A stretch of DNA of 37,422 nucleotides from a virus (Duplodnaviria > Caudoviricetes), in IMG/VR virus record IMGVR_UViG_3300006790_000048, positions 1 to 37,422 of that record; one strand, written 5' to 3'. The notes beneath the pieces were generated by a model, which made no database searches, was not told the DNA's origin, and saw nothing but the letters and a program-made list of their open reading frames with translations. Both the position numbers and the translations under genes were made by a program. Positions 1-8,795 of this stretch are shown here, piece after piece; position 1 is the first letter of the stretch; each line of letters begins with the position of its first letter.

Positions 1-7
1 AGATCCA
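1..7 (+). repeat. Terminal direct overlap AGATCCA (identical to 37416-37422)
   Basis: Positions 1-7 equal 37416-37422; merging them restores an uninterrupted reading frame. Confidence 0.85.
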
Positions 8-239
8 TTCTGTATTTTCCTGTTACACCGCTTGGCATATCAGGGTTTATCTTTTGTCCTGATGTAGTTTTAATGTGACCAAAGTATGCAGTTCGTGTAT
101 CATTAACATCCCATACATGAATATCCCATTTATCTAACCATCCTTTTAGGTCTCTGACATATAGATGTGCTAGTGTATGATATATTGTTTGTTTGATAAA
201 TCTCTTGTTAATGTGTTCAGTGTGGAATGTTAAAGGCAT
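1..239 (-). CDS. N-terminal part of a 158-aa HExxH zinc metallopeptidase-like protein that spans the genome junction
   Basis: ATG at 239, MPLTFHTEHINKRF...GKYRMDL, open to position 1; TATA-like TTTAATAC upstream; continues in frame at 37415. Confidence 0.8.
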   Translation of the reverse strand, partial: MPLTFHTEHINKRFIKQTIYHTLAHLYVRDLKGWLDKWDIHVWDVNDTRTAYFGHIKTTSGQKINPDMPSGVTGKYRMD

Positions 240-275
240 AAAAAATAAAGAGTAGAATAGGTATTAAAGCCCTAT

Positions 276-440
276 CTAATCGTTTCGGTGTTTTAAGTAG
301 TCAGCTCCGATAACTGCTGCCACAGGTGCTAATAAAGCAATGGCTGTGTTTTGGTCAAATGCGATTTTATCGAGGGCTACGAATAATGCTACGAGTCCTG
401 TATATGCACCTAAACCATAGTATCTTAGGTTATTTGCCAT
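276..440 (-). CDS. Small two-TM membrane protein, holin-like (likely start ATG 440)
   Basis: MANNLRYYG..., two hydrophobic stretches and a charged C-terminus; TATA (GTTATATAG) 22-30 nt upstream of ATG 440. Confidence 0.6.
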   Translation of the reverse strand: MANNLRYYGLGAYTGLVALFVALDKIAFDQNTAIALLAPVAAVIGADYLKHRND

Positions 441-478
441 GAAGTCTTCACAGAGATACACTATATAACTCTTTTGTT

Positions 479-700
479 TTAGATAATGTCTAGTGAGCGT
501 AAGACTTCTACTAATCCTAATGATATACCTACTATTACTATGATGAAATCCCTACGTCTTATTTTACCATCTTGTTCCCTTTGTAAATCTTCTAAATGAG
601 ACTTATATTCAGTCTCTAATACCGTCAATCTGGTGCACAAATCCGTTAATCTATGCTCTATAGAGTCTAATTTATCGAATAAACGTTGTTCGATATCCAT
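479..700 (-). CDS. Coiled-coil protein with C-terminal TM anchor (XhlA/holin-associated architecture); likely start ATG 700
   Basis: MDIEQRLFDKLDSIEHRL... heptad pattern, then FIIVIVGISLGLVEVL; TACTTC element 30 nt upstream of ATG 700. Confidence 0.65.
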   Translation of the reverse strand: MDIEQRLFDKLDSIEHRLTDLCTRLTVLETEYKSHLEDLQREQDGKIRRRDFIIVIVGISLGLVEVLRSLDII

Positions 701-729
701 ATATAAGTAGTGCGGCAAAATGGGTATTA

Positions 730-735
730 GAAGTA
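730..735 (-). promoter_or_regulatory. TACTTC putative late-promoter element
   Basis: 30 nt upstream of ATG 700; one of ten position-conserved copies. Confidence 0.7.
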
Positions 736-765
736 TTTAAAAAAATAAAAAAAGTGGTTTTAGTT

Positions 766-2787
766 CTAAGCGTTTGGCGTAGAAACTATAATGTATGTGT
801 TTGGATCGAGTATATCTACACCAATTCTGTGAGTCCAGACAATATCCCAATATTGACCAGCAATATTCTTTTGGAATTCGATTTCCATCTTTCTTTGTGA
901 GGCTAATCCCCATGATTTGCCTTTAACACAAACAAGGTTTCTATCTGCATTGTTTTGACCTGTCTCCAGTTCATTAGTGACAATAATGTCAATACCATAG
1001 AGTCTTTCCATTTGACCTAATCTGGTTACACTAGAGTTACCGATTTGGGTATATTCGGATAGTGAGGTTGAAGAAATAAGGCTCTCAAAAGCTCTTGGGC
1101 TGATGAAGGCGATCAAGTTACCTGGAGAGGTATCTTGTCCTAATTCTTCAAGGTATCTCTTACTAAATGTAAGACCATCCTCGTCTAGTTCCCCATCTGC
1201 ATCTTCTTCTGTTGCGTTAGTTGTTGCTGCACCATCAGAACCTCCAATGTGGTAAGGTGCTGTGGTAACGCCACCAAAGTCGTGATCTGTTGCACCTAAG
1301 TCTTGGAGAATGAGTCTGTGTTCATCCCTAATGGCTTCTAATCTTGCAGTTTCTCTAATTGCGTTAAGGAAACTTGCAGGATAGTCCTCTAGTTCTGCTT
1401 TCTCGACTGTTTGTCTCCATCCTCTGATTGCACAGGTAACATCGATAGATGTTAAGGTATGGGTTGCTGCTGTGATATCTGTAGTTGGGCTTTCAGTAAT
1501 TGCACCTGCATCTGGTACAGTGATTCTGTAGAATCTTGCTGTATTTTGTCCTGTTGGAACAGCTTGGAATTGACCATACTGTCTAATAGGAATTGCAGTT
1601 TTTGCACCTAATTGAATTGAAATGTTGGATGCTTGTTTAACACCTGGAATGGTTCCTGATGTTGAAATTGCTTCTTGAACACTTCCACTACCACTTTGAT
1701 GTTGGGTGGTATGTTGTGAAATCCATCCTTCTTTTTCGAGTACCAATTTGTTATAGCCTGTTTCAAAGAGTTTATCCATGAAAGCTTTGGCTTGATCTTC
1801 AGTAAAGTCTTCCTCTACGATTGAATCGTTAGTGGATTCTGCTACTTCAGATTTTGGTGCCCATGCTTCGGAAACAGTTTGAATAACTGCTTTCAAAGTG
1901 TCGGAATTGGATTTTTCAATTCTTTCGGCTACTTTCTCAGAGACATCTTCTTTGGTTGCTTCAGGAGTTGGAGCTGGTGCTTCGACTTCTTTGGCTACTT
2001 CAGATTTTGTTTCTGCTTTGCCTACTTCTACTTCGCCATCGGTTTCGATGGTTACTTTGACTTTTTCCTCAATATTCTTTTCAGAAATTTCGTTTGTCAT
2101 GTGATCTTCACTTGAAGGATTTTGTATATTGGAAGTATTATCAGTATTAGTTGGAGCTAATTGTGGTTCAGCCTGTGGTATTGGTGTTGGTGGTTGTATT
2201 AATGCCATAAATGCTTTTTCTAAATTATTCAAAAGTTCTTGAGCCTTTCTTTCATTATCTTCTGGACTCATATCAGGGTTCTTTTTTACAATAGATGCTC
2301 TGATATCTTCTAATAGTCTACTACTATCTAGGAATCCTCCAAAACTGTTTGGTATAGGAACCTGTTCATCTTCGTATAATACTTGGAAATGCTCTACTAC
2401 TGCTAGAGTTGATTCTGGAATTCCAGGTGTTTTAACTATGCTTAATTCTAATATGTCTTTAAGAACTGGAGAGTTTAGACATTTCTCTCTTTGAGCATCA
2501 CATAATTCTCGTTGTTCTAATACTGATGCACCTATTGATACTTGATACTGTTGATTATCTAATTCCTTTTGCCATCCCTCATCTTGTACTTCTGCTTCAT
2601 ATCTTACTTGAGATTTCTCTTCATCATAAGTGAATTGTACTGTACCGATATTGGTTTCTGGGCCACCATGTTCTACTCTTAATGGTACTTGAACCCCATC
2701 GAATTTCTTTAACTCTTCAGTATCATAATATATGCCATTTCTACTCTCTCTTGGCATTAATGCTATTCCTGCAATGCGTTTAGCCAT
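766..2787 (-). CDS. Prohead protease - scaffold - HK97-fold major capsid protein fusion
   Basis: N-terminal HK97-type protease motifs (SRNG.YY, PLRVEH, VSIG, ELSIVKTPG), an acidic/Pro-rich linker, and a C-terminal MCP-like region (ISPRAFESL, ERLYGIDIIVT, RIGVDILDP). Confidence 0.88.
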   Translation of the reverse strand: MAKRIAGIALMPRESRNGIYYDTEELKKFDGVQVPLRVEHGGPETNIGTVQFTYDEEKSQVRYEAEVQDEGWQKELDNQQYQVSIGASVLEQRELCDAQREKCLNSPVLKDILELSIVKTPGIPESTLAVVEHFQVLYEDEQVPIPNSFGGFLDSSRLLEDIRASIVKKNPDMSPEDNERKAQELLNNLEKAFMALIQPPTPIPQAEPQLAPTNTDNTSNIQNPSSEDHMTNEISEKNIEEKVKVTIETDGEVEVGKAETKSEVAKEVEAPAPTPEATKEDVSEKVAERIEKSNSDTLKAVIQTVSEAWAPKSEVAESTNDSIVEEDFTEDQAKAFMDKLFETGYNKLVLEKEGWISQHTTQHQSGSGSVQEAISTSGTIPGVKQASNISIQLGAKTAIPIRQYGQFQAVPTGQNTARFYRITVPDAGAITESPTTDITAATHTLTSIDVTCAIRGWRQTVEKAELEDYPASFLNAIRETARLEAIRDEHRLILQDLGATDHDFGGVTTAPYHIGGSDGAATTNATEEDADGELDEDGLTFSKRYLEELGQDTSPGNLIAFISPRAFESLISSTSLSEYTQIGNSSVTRLGQMERLYGIDIIVTNELETGQNNADRNLVCVKGKSWGLASQRKMEIEFQKNIAGQYWDIVWTHRIGVDILDPNTYIIVSTPNA
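2132..2137 (-). promoter_or_regulatory. Intragenic TACTTC element ahead of in-frame ATG 2100 (Met230) of the capsid gene
   Basis: Minus strand reads TAATACTTCCAATATACAAAATCCTTCAAGTGAAGATCAC-ATG; spacing of 32 nt equals that at the portal gene. Confidence 0.65.
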
Positions 2788-2815
2788 GTTTATTTTGATA
2801 TATTAAGGATATAGA

Positions 2816-2821
2816 GAAGTA
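2816..2821 (-). promoter_or_regulatory. TACTTC putative late-promoter element
   Basis: 29 nt upstream of ATG 2787. Confidence 0.75.
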
Positions 2822-2830
2822 TTAACTATT

Positions 2831-3262
2831 TTATTCGTCATTCTCAAGATAATATCCTAATAATGTGATGTTTACTGTAGCATCATCTGTTTCTGCATTT
2901 AAATATACTCCTGATGTTGTCTGTACTAATATTCCTGTTATAGGTACTGTAGTATTCTTGCCGATGTTAAGAGTAAATAGGTTTTTGAGTTGTGTTGTAC
3001 TAGTTGAAGTGTTGGCTTCATATATTTCTACTACTGCACCATCTGTGGCACTTACGTTCTTGTCTGCGTTAAGTATGATACCTGTAATAATAAATCTATA
3101 TGAGTTTTTTGGTAATGCTATATTATATGCTGTTGCTGTAGATGTCATAGATGCTGTTTTAGGTACATCATAATTTCCTCTTACAGTTACTAATTCTCCT
3201 GCGTGTGATACTCTTACATCATGGCCTCTGCCTAGACCATCATGTATTTTAACTGGAATCAT
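2831..3262 (-). CDS. Putative virion (head decoration/fibre) protein
   Basis: Beta-rich, Thr/Ala-rich 143 aa between portal and MCP; N-terminus resembles that of the adjacent ORF. Confidence 0.55.
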   Translation of the reverse strand: MIPVKIHDGLGRGHDVRVSHAGELVTVRGNYDVPKTASMTSTATAYNIALPKNSYRFIITGIILNADKNVSATDGAVVEIYEANTSTSTTQLKNLFTLNIGKNTTVPITGILVQTTSGVYLNAETDDATVNITLLGYYLENDE

Positions 3263-3264
3263 TA

Positions 3265-3852
3265 TTATGTTTTAGTAAGTAAGTGACAGACAAATGCTAC
3301 ATAAACATCTGTTGAACCTGTTGACAAGTTTGGATCAACTTTTACACCGACACTGTTACCTTTTGCTAATTCTATTCCAATATTTGCATATACTCTGCTT
3401 TGTGCGTTTGCTGCTGCAATAATAAGGGTATCATCTCCATTTGTAATGGTATCTCCACTTGCTCCTGCTACATACATATCTGCTGTCAATGTATTTGAGG
3501 AACCAAAATTTCTATTAGATGTTATTGGTACTGTTGTTGGTGTTGATTCGATTAATGTTCCTGTTGATGGGTTTCTGATAACTGTGATTTTTGCAAATGA
3601 TGTAGAGTTAAATGATCCTGCTCCAATACCTACTGCTATTGCATCTATTAATAGATTTTTATCCTCATTGTTTTTAACATATAACATACCTGTCTCTGCT
3701 GCGATAGATACTACACCTGTATTGATATTATAAGCATCACCTGCATCTAATGCGTTTGTTGATTCTGGAATAGTTACTGATCTTGTGAATAATCTGTTAT
3801 CTGTTCCTACTTTGGCTTCTCTTCCATTACCTGTTCCAGATTCTATTTTCAT
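3265..3852 (-). CDS. Putative virion (head decoration/fibre) protein
   Basis: 195 aa, Gly/Thr/Asn-rich beta protein in the head module. Confidence 0.55.
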   Translation of the reverse strand: MKIESGTGNGREAKVGTDNRLFTRSVTIPESTNALDAGDAYNINTGVVSIAAETGMLYVKNNEDKNLLIDAIAVGIGAGSFNSTSFAKITVIRNPSTGTLIESTPTTVPITSNRNFGSSNTLTADMYVAGASGDTITNGDDTLIIAAANAQSRVYANIGIELAKGNSVGVKVDPNLSTGSTDVYVAFVCHLLTKT

Positions 3853-4061
3853 TCTACTTTATCTCCTGTTATTATCTCTAATTGTTGTAAGATAAGAAGT
3901 AATGTGGCATGAATCTCCTCTAACCTTGCTTCAGATCTATGTATTGAGTCAAAGGTAATATCGTCATGGACAATATTGACATCATTGGCTACTGTAATTT
4001 CTCTACGACCTGGCTTAACAGCGTTTGCTCTCGTATGTTTAATATCAGCCAAGGTTCTCAC
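3849..4061 (-). CDS. Hypothetical protein, head module
   Basis: Overlap-coupled with its neighbours; exact start uncertain. Confidence 0.55.
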   Translation of the reverse strand: MRTLADIKHTRANAVKPGRREITVANDVNIVHDDITFDSIHRSEARLEEIHATLLLILQQLEIITGDKVE

Positions 4062-4458
4062 TCACTAGTTGTTCTAATTTCTTAATAACCTGTAAATAGT
4101 CCTTTTCTCCATTTACTTTGACATTCTCATGTACGCTAAGATATGTTGCTCCAATGGTACGGTAATCTATGGTACTAGTTGGTAATGTACCTGTTCCCTC
4201 TATTAGTAGTTCTGCATCTGAGCCTATAACGCCGTTATATTCTACAGTTTCTCCTACTAGTTGAGATAATGATGATACTATTGTGATAACCTGATCTCCT
4301 TGTGGTAATCTTGTGTTTCCCCTGATTCGTAACGAACCCTGAATGTGGTTTGTCTCAGGATATGATATGAGTTTCTTACCTGGTTTCTTAACTATATCTA
4401 TTGCAAAATTAGATGCTGCGAAATTGCTAGTAGCAAAGTCTGCTTCAGCAAAGGCCAT
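4045..4458 (-). CDS. Hypothetical virion protein with N-terminal F-x4 repeats
   Basis: MAFAEADFATSNFAASNFA; TAATG coupling with the upstream gene. Confidence 0.6.
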   Translation of the reverse strand: MAFAEADFATSNFAASNFAIDIVKKPGKKLISYPETNHIQGSLRIRGNTRLPQGDQVITIVSSLSQLVGETVEYNGVIGSDAELLIEGTGTLPTSTIDYRTIGATYLSVHENVKVNGEKDYLQVIKKLEQLVSENLG

Positions 4459-4754
4459 TATCCTATGAAGATATCGCCTGAGAATTTGAATTCTGCTCTA
4501 AGAGGTTTTCTGTTTGTAATCTTTGGAGTCCAATAAACGTGAACTTCTTGAACCTCATTTGGTTTCAATGTTTCAGGTGCTTCGAATCTTAATTCAGGAT
4601 TAGCGTTCTCAATTTTAATATTATGAATTGACCATTCTGGATCAGTGTTCTTCATGTATACTGTATATTTGACAGATTCTCCTAATGATACTCTTCCTAG
4701 ATCTAAGGATTCTATGAGTTTATCTGCTTCTGGGTTTAAGTAAATCTTAAGCAT
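4458..4754 (-). CDS. Small Ig-like beta-sandwich protein
   Basis: LDLGRVSLGESVKYTVYMKN...LKPNEVQEVHVYWTP pattern, as in Ig-like domains. Confidence 0.55.
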   Translation of the reverse strand: MLKIYLNPEADKLIESLDLGRVSLGESVKYTVYMKNTDPEWSIHNIKIENANPELRFEAPETLKPNEVQEVHVYWTPKITNRKPLRAEFKFSGDIFIG

Positions 4755-6213
4755 CTTTTAACCCCTTTATAAAGTTTAGTATTTCTTCAGTGTTCTTGCG
4801 TTTCTCATGTGCTGCTAGTTCTTCTCTCATGTTAACCATATTCTTAAGATCAGTCAAAACTCTTTCAAATACTTTTTCCTCTTGATCATTATTAGAAGTA
4901 TCGTCTCCTACATTTCCTCCAAACTGTCCAGATCTGTTGTCTCTCATCTGTCCTGTTGGTGTTACACTTGTGATAGGAGGTTCATCATCCATATCTGATT
5001 CGTTTATATCGATACTAGAGTTGTTTACAAACCACTTTCTTGCTTCACTACGTCTGATAATATTATCTCTAAATGATGTTGTAACATCTCCTACTGTTGC
5101 TTCTTGTTTCTGAGGAGTCTCAAAGAAGATTTGAATATCTTTAGATTTGATGTTCTTTCCTCTTGCTTTAAGATATGGCAATACCATTTTAATCTTGATT
5201 TGGTTTGCTAATCTTGATTGAATTCTCTTTACCTTTCTGGTCAATACAGAATCGGTACTTTCTGATGCTGCTCTTGCTGTAAATCCTGCGTTGAAGAATT
5301 GTAATGGGAACTTAGAACCTGGCTCTAACAAGTCTCTTTGAATGTGTTCAATGTAACCTTCGAATTTGCTGTTTCCACTTGACTCTATAACTTTGACATC
5401 GAACTCCTTATCTGTAACTATCTTTGATCCATGTTTCATCTTCTTTAATGCATCTGCTTGAGTCTTGATGAATTGTTCTCCTGCATCTGCAAAGTGGAAC
5501 ATTACTGTTGGATCTGCATGACCTTCAAATATCTTTGGCATTGCATCTTCCATCTTTTTCATTTGGATTAATGGAGAATCATAAATCTCTCCTGTATCTG
5601 GATTAATATAACTTGATAATACACTGTGATGTAGTCCTCTGCCAAATGGCTCTCTTGATACGTTAGTTAGTTTGAATTGAGTTACCTCATTTGGTCTTAA
5701 TCTGATATCTTGATCGTTAACGTGTTGTAAATAGTATTTTACATTTCCTTTTTTGTCTCTTACAATGCTTTGAAGTGTTGTAATTGGTACTTCAACATAT
5801 TCTTTGTAAGTTGGATCATGTTCAAAGAACATATTACCACATCCAAGGTAAGAATATAATGCATCTTCTAATTGTTCATCCCAATTAATCTCTGTCCACC
5901 ATTCTTCTACCATTTCTGCTACACTTTCTTTCTTTGCAGCCACTCTGATGCCTTTTCCAAGCACCATTTGGATATATGTTTCATTTGATAAGTTTAATCT
6001 AGGATCTTGGTTAATTGCGTTGATTGTTTCAACAAATGGTCTATCTGGAGCCAATTCATCGACAAAATCACTCTGATTTACCTCACTTTTCTGATTAAAT
6101 GCCTCAATTACCCTGATTGAACCGTCATATTTCTCCTTAATCTCGGTATTTTTAGGTAAAACAGGTGTATTTGAACCAGAAATGGTCTTTCTAACGGTAA
6201 AAATGTCTGCCAT
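4747..6213 (-). CDS. Portal protein
   Basis: 488 aa between terminase and capsid genes; GCGNMFFE, YYLQ...LRPNEVTQFK...EPFGRGL, IIRRSEARKW are typical of HK97-type portals. Confidence 0.88.
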   Translation of the reverse strand: MADIFTVRKTISGSNTPVLPKNTEIKEKYDGSIRVIEAFNQKSEVNQSDFVDELAPDRPFVETINAINQDPRLNLSNETYIQMVLGKGIRVAAKKESVAEMVEEWWTEINWDEQLEDALYSYLGCGNMFFEHDPTYKEYVEVPITTLQSIVRDKKGNVKYYLQHVNDQDIRLRPNEVTQFKLTNVSREPFGRGLHHSVLSSYINPDTGEIYDSPLIQMKKMEDAMPKIFEGHADPTVMFHFADAGEQFIKTQADALKKMKHGSKIVTDKEFDVKVIESSGNSKFEGYIEHIQRDLLEPGSKFPLQFFNAGFTARAASESTDSVLTRKVKRIQSRLANQIKIKMVLPYLKARGKNIKSKDIQIFFETPQKQEATVGDVTTSFRDNIIRRSEARKWFVNNSSIDINESDMDDEPPITSVTPTGQMRDNRSGQFGGNVGDDTSNNDQEEKVFERVLTDLKNMVNMREELAAHEKRKNTEEILNFIKGLKDA

Positions 6214-6244
6214 GTGACTTTTTCTAGTAGTTTTTGTATAAAGT

Positions 6245-6250
6245 GAAGTA
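6245..6250 (-). promoter_or_regulatory. TACTTC putative late-promoter element
   Basis: 32 nt upstream of portal ATG 6213. Confidence 0.7.
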
Positions 6251-6251
6251 A

Positions 6252-6608
6252 TTAATCGTACTCAAAGTACACTTCATCGGATCCATTAACACCTACACAG
6301 GTTAATCGTGATCCAGATACCTCTAATCTTAATCTAACCTTGTATGTTCCTTGTACTGCTGGTGTAGCTCCTGTTGCAAACTTTACCAAGAATGTTCCAT
6401 CTGCATTTAATGTTAAATTCTGTGTTGTTGAGAATATTGTGTCTCCTTGTTGGTTGATTAATCTGAATGTTCCTGTAAAACTGGATATGTCTCTTGCTGT
6501 TGCAAAGGTATTCTCATCATATACGGTTCCTGATAGGTCATAAGTTGCACTATCTGTAAAATCCCCTTGTGCCCATGTCTTTTGATCCATATCTAGGTAC
6601 AAAACCAT
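6252..6608 (-). CDS. Putative virion protein, BppU-N-like Ig fold
   Basis: DISSFTGTFRL...ADGTFLVKF...GTYKVRLRL pattern; CACTTC variant element 29 nt upstream (6637-6642). Confidence 0.5.
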   Translation of the reverse strand: MVLYLDMDQKTWAQGDFTDSATYDLSGTVYDENTFATARDISSFTGTFRLINQQGDTIFSTTQNLTLNADGTFLVKFATGATPAVQGTYKVRLRLEVSGSRLTCVGVNGSDEVYFEYD

Positions 6609-6639
6609 AACCTTTATATAGTTAGTACCATAATAGGAA

Positions 6640-6987
6640 GTGTTGTTAGCCGTTCATACACCTGCTCCAGTTTATCCTATGGTTCGTAACGAACAAATAG
6701 ATGAATTGGAGCAGCAACATTGTTATGAGATAGTTACATGGCCTGCTTATTTTAGTGATGAATACTGTATGAATAGTCTACGCAAGAATACTGATCCTAA
6801 TGTTATATTATATGTTGCTCTCATGAGAGGTATTACCCCTATCGTTACTATTGGAGACCACAAGTCTTTTGTAGCAGATTTCAGCAAGCCTAAAGAATCT
6901 AAAAAACATAGTAGGAAACTACCTAGTAGAACTGACAAGATAAAAAAGAAATTAGAAGATACATTTAAGAGAAAAAGAAATGCATAA
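6640..6987 (+). CDS. Hypothetical protein with basic C-terminus, divergently transcribed
   Basis: TTTATATA box at 6613-6620; Lys/Arg-rich tail. Confidence 0.65.
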   Translation: MLLAVHTPAPVYPMVRNEQIDELEQQHCYEIVTWPAYFSDEYCMNSLRKNTDPNVILYVALMRGITPIVTIGDHKSFVADFSKPKESKKHSRKLPSRTDKIKKKLEDTFKRKRNA

Positions 6988-7135
6988 GGTTTGTCACATT
7001 TGTGGACATGGTATGCTAATGCATGGCAAAGAACATGGAGAAGGTTATTGTATGGAATATGATCACGGTTTTTGTGATTGTAAAGAAGAAGGTTTGTCTT
7101 ATGATGAAGAGATAGAAGCCTTAAAGCGTGCGTAA
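6980..7135 (+). CDS. 51-aa Cys/His zinc-binding microprotein (not in ORF track)
   Basis: MHKVCHICGHGMLMHGKEHGEGYCMEYDHGFCDCKEE...; overlaps the stop of the upstream gene. Confidence 0.7.
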   Translation: MHKVCHICGHGMLMHGKEHGEGYCMEYDHGFCDCKEEGLSYDEEIEALKRA

Positions 7136-7350
7136 AGTGTCATCGTAATTGCTATTAAAGGTATAATCTCTAACAAGTCAATTCCATATAACAGAAAGTC
7201 TGTTACAGGATGGACATGGATAAAGTAGTTGCTGTCCAGGAAGAAACACTCTCCTGCTGTTATTGTATGTGGTATCTGTAGATATAGTATTACTGCTGTT
7301 ACTAGTAATGACTCTGTTACTCTCCTGTTATACCAAGCCCAGAATCCCAT
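7099..7350 (-). CDS. Small membrane protein
   Basis: Two hydrophobic segments; TAATG-coupled to terL. Confidence 0.65.
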   Translation of the reverse strand: MGFWAWYNRRVTESLLVTAVILYLQIPHTITAGECFFLDSNYFIHVHPVTDFLLYGIDLLEIIPLIAITMTLYARFKASISSS

Positions 7351-8795
7351 TATCCTACTCCTGCCAATGTTCCTGAACCCATCTTATAATAGTACATTGC
7401 AAGCAAGAAAGCATCTCCAAGGTCGAATGTGTTTACCTTGGTTTTGTTGGTTCCGCCTTTTGCGTTATACTTGATTGTCATGAGTTGCATTTTAAGTTTC
7501 TTGAAACTTGGATGTATCTTGACTTCCTGAAAGTCTACGGCATTTGCAGCATAGTTTAGCATCTTCTCTCCGTATTGCAAGAATGATACGTTCTGTACGT
7601 TCATCATGTATTTGTCTCTAAGGTCTCTGATACCTTCAGCCCATGAGCCGTCTACAAATAGACGTTTGGTTCTATATTTTTTGCTGAGTTCGTTAATCTT
7701 GTTTACGATATCAATGTAAGATTCACGTTCAAAAGACTCTGCATAGATTACAGCCTTTTTCCCCTTGTCCTTTTGCATAATGCATATTCCAAATTCGGAG
7801 CTTCCAAAGCCAGGATCAATTCCAATAACTCTATCATTAGTATTATCATCTATCTTCCAACTATACTCCTCTTGACAGCAGGCTTCAATTCCCTCTGGAC
7901 TAAAGATATCTCCAACGTTCTTACCCCATACTCCAAGATACTCCCTTTCATAACTTCTTGCATTGCTTGCTTCCTCTAAATATTTCGGCGTAAAGATCGA
8001 TGTTTTCGTTTGAGGATCTTTTTGTAAGCCTGCCTCAACATAGTAATGAAATCTTTCGTATATTGTTTTCTCTGCTCCTGTGGTAGGTTCTCCCATAATA
8101 TCGTAGAAGAATCCTTTAGGCTCTTCTCCTGCTGTGCTAACCCAAATAACCCAACTATTAGACTTTCCAATATATCTCTCTCCAACGGTTCTAACGATGC
8201 TATCGTCTCTGAGCTTAAAGAAAGCTGCTTCGTCGCCAAAGAATACGCTAACTTTTGGTTTACCTCTAGCAGAGTGGATGTTATTCGACGGATAGCATTT
8301 AACTCTGCTTCCGTTGATGTCGAGTTCGTAGGCTCCATGATCTATATATCCCAAACCTTTCTTAGTTAAAAAACCCTTCGCTCTAAGTATCAAATCTTGT
8401 GCCAAATCAACGTTTGGGCCAGTAATAATCATGGCTTCCTTGCCACTAAACCAAGGATCTACCAATGATTTCCATACTATCCATAATAATATAAATTCTG
8501 TTAATCCCAAACCCGTTGCTTTGTAAACGCAAAAAGACTTGCAAGAGTTTGTCCTGTTTTCTTCCAATTCCTCCATTTGCATCTTGTTTAGAATCTCCTG
8601 TTCATACGCATAACAAGGATGATATACACCATCACGTTCTGGGCCACCAAGCGGATGAAATATGAAATGCCAAAAACAGCAATGCTCGTCTTCTGACAAC
8701 GAGTCATTACACCAGAACCTTTCAGGTACGATAGGTACGTCTCTGGTTGCAGCGTTACTTAGTGCTGCTAGAGTTGCCTTACTCGCTAACCCCAT
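7350..8795 (-). CDS. terL: Terminase large subunit
   Basis: Variant Walker A (YKATGLGLTE), Walker B (FFGDEAAFF), coupling motif (VSTAG), RNase H-like nuclease motifs (IGIDPGFG, DLGDA). Confidence 0.92.
   Translation of the reverse strand: MGLASKATLAALSNAATRDVPIVPERFWCNDSLSEDEHCCFWHFIFHPLGGPERDGVYHPCYAYEQEILNKMQMEELEENRTNSCKSFCVYKATGLGLTEFILLWIVWKSLVDPWFSGKEAMIITGPNVDLAQDLILRAKGFLTKKGLGYIDHGAYELDINGSRVKCYPSNNIHSARGKPKVSVFFGDEAAFFKLRDDSIVRTVGERYIGKSNSWVIWVSTAGEEPKGFFYDIMGEPTTGAEKTIYERFHYYVEAGLQKDPQTKTSIFTPKYLEEASNARSYEREYLGVWGKNVGDIFSPEGIEACCQEEYSWKIDDNTNDRVIGIDPGFGSSEFGICIMQKDKGKKAVIYAESFERESYIDIVNKINELSKKYRTKRLFVDGSWAEGIRDLRDKYMMNVQNVSFLQYGEKMLNYAANAVDFQEVKIHPSFKKLKMQLMTIKYNAKGGTNKTKVNTFDLGDAFLLAMYYYKMGSGTLAGVG

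Noticed and set aside
7976-8338. 120-aa same-strand alternate-frame ORF inside terL (also 24220-24495 inside the nuclease gene)
   Set aside because: No promoter or recognisable motif; off-frame ORFs of this size can arise by chance.
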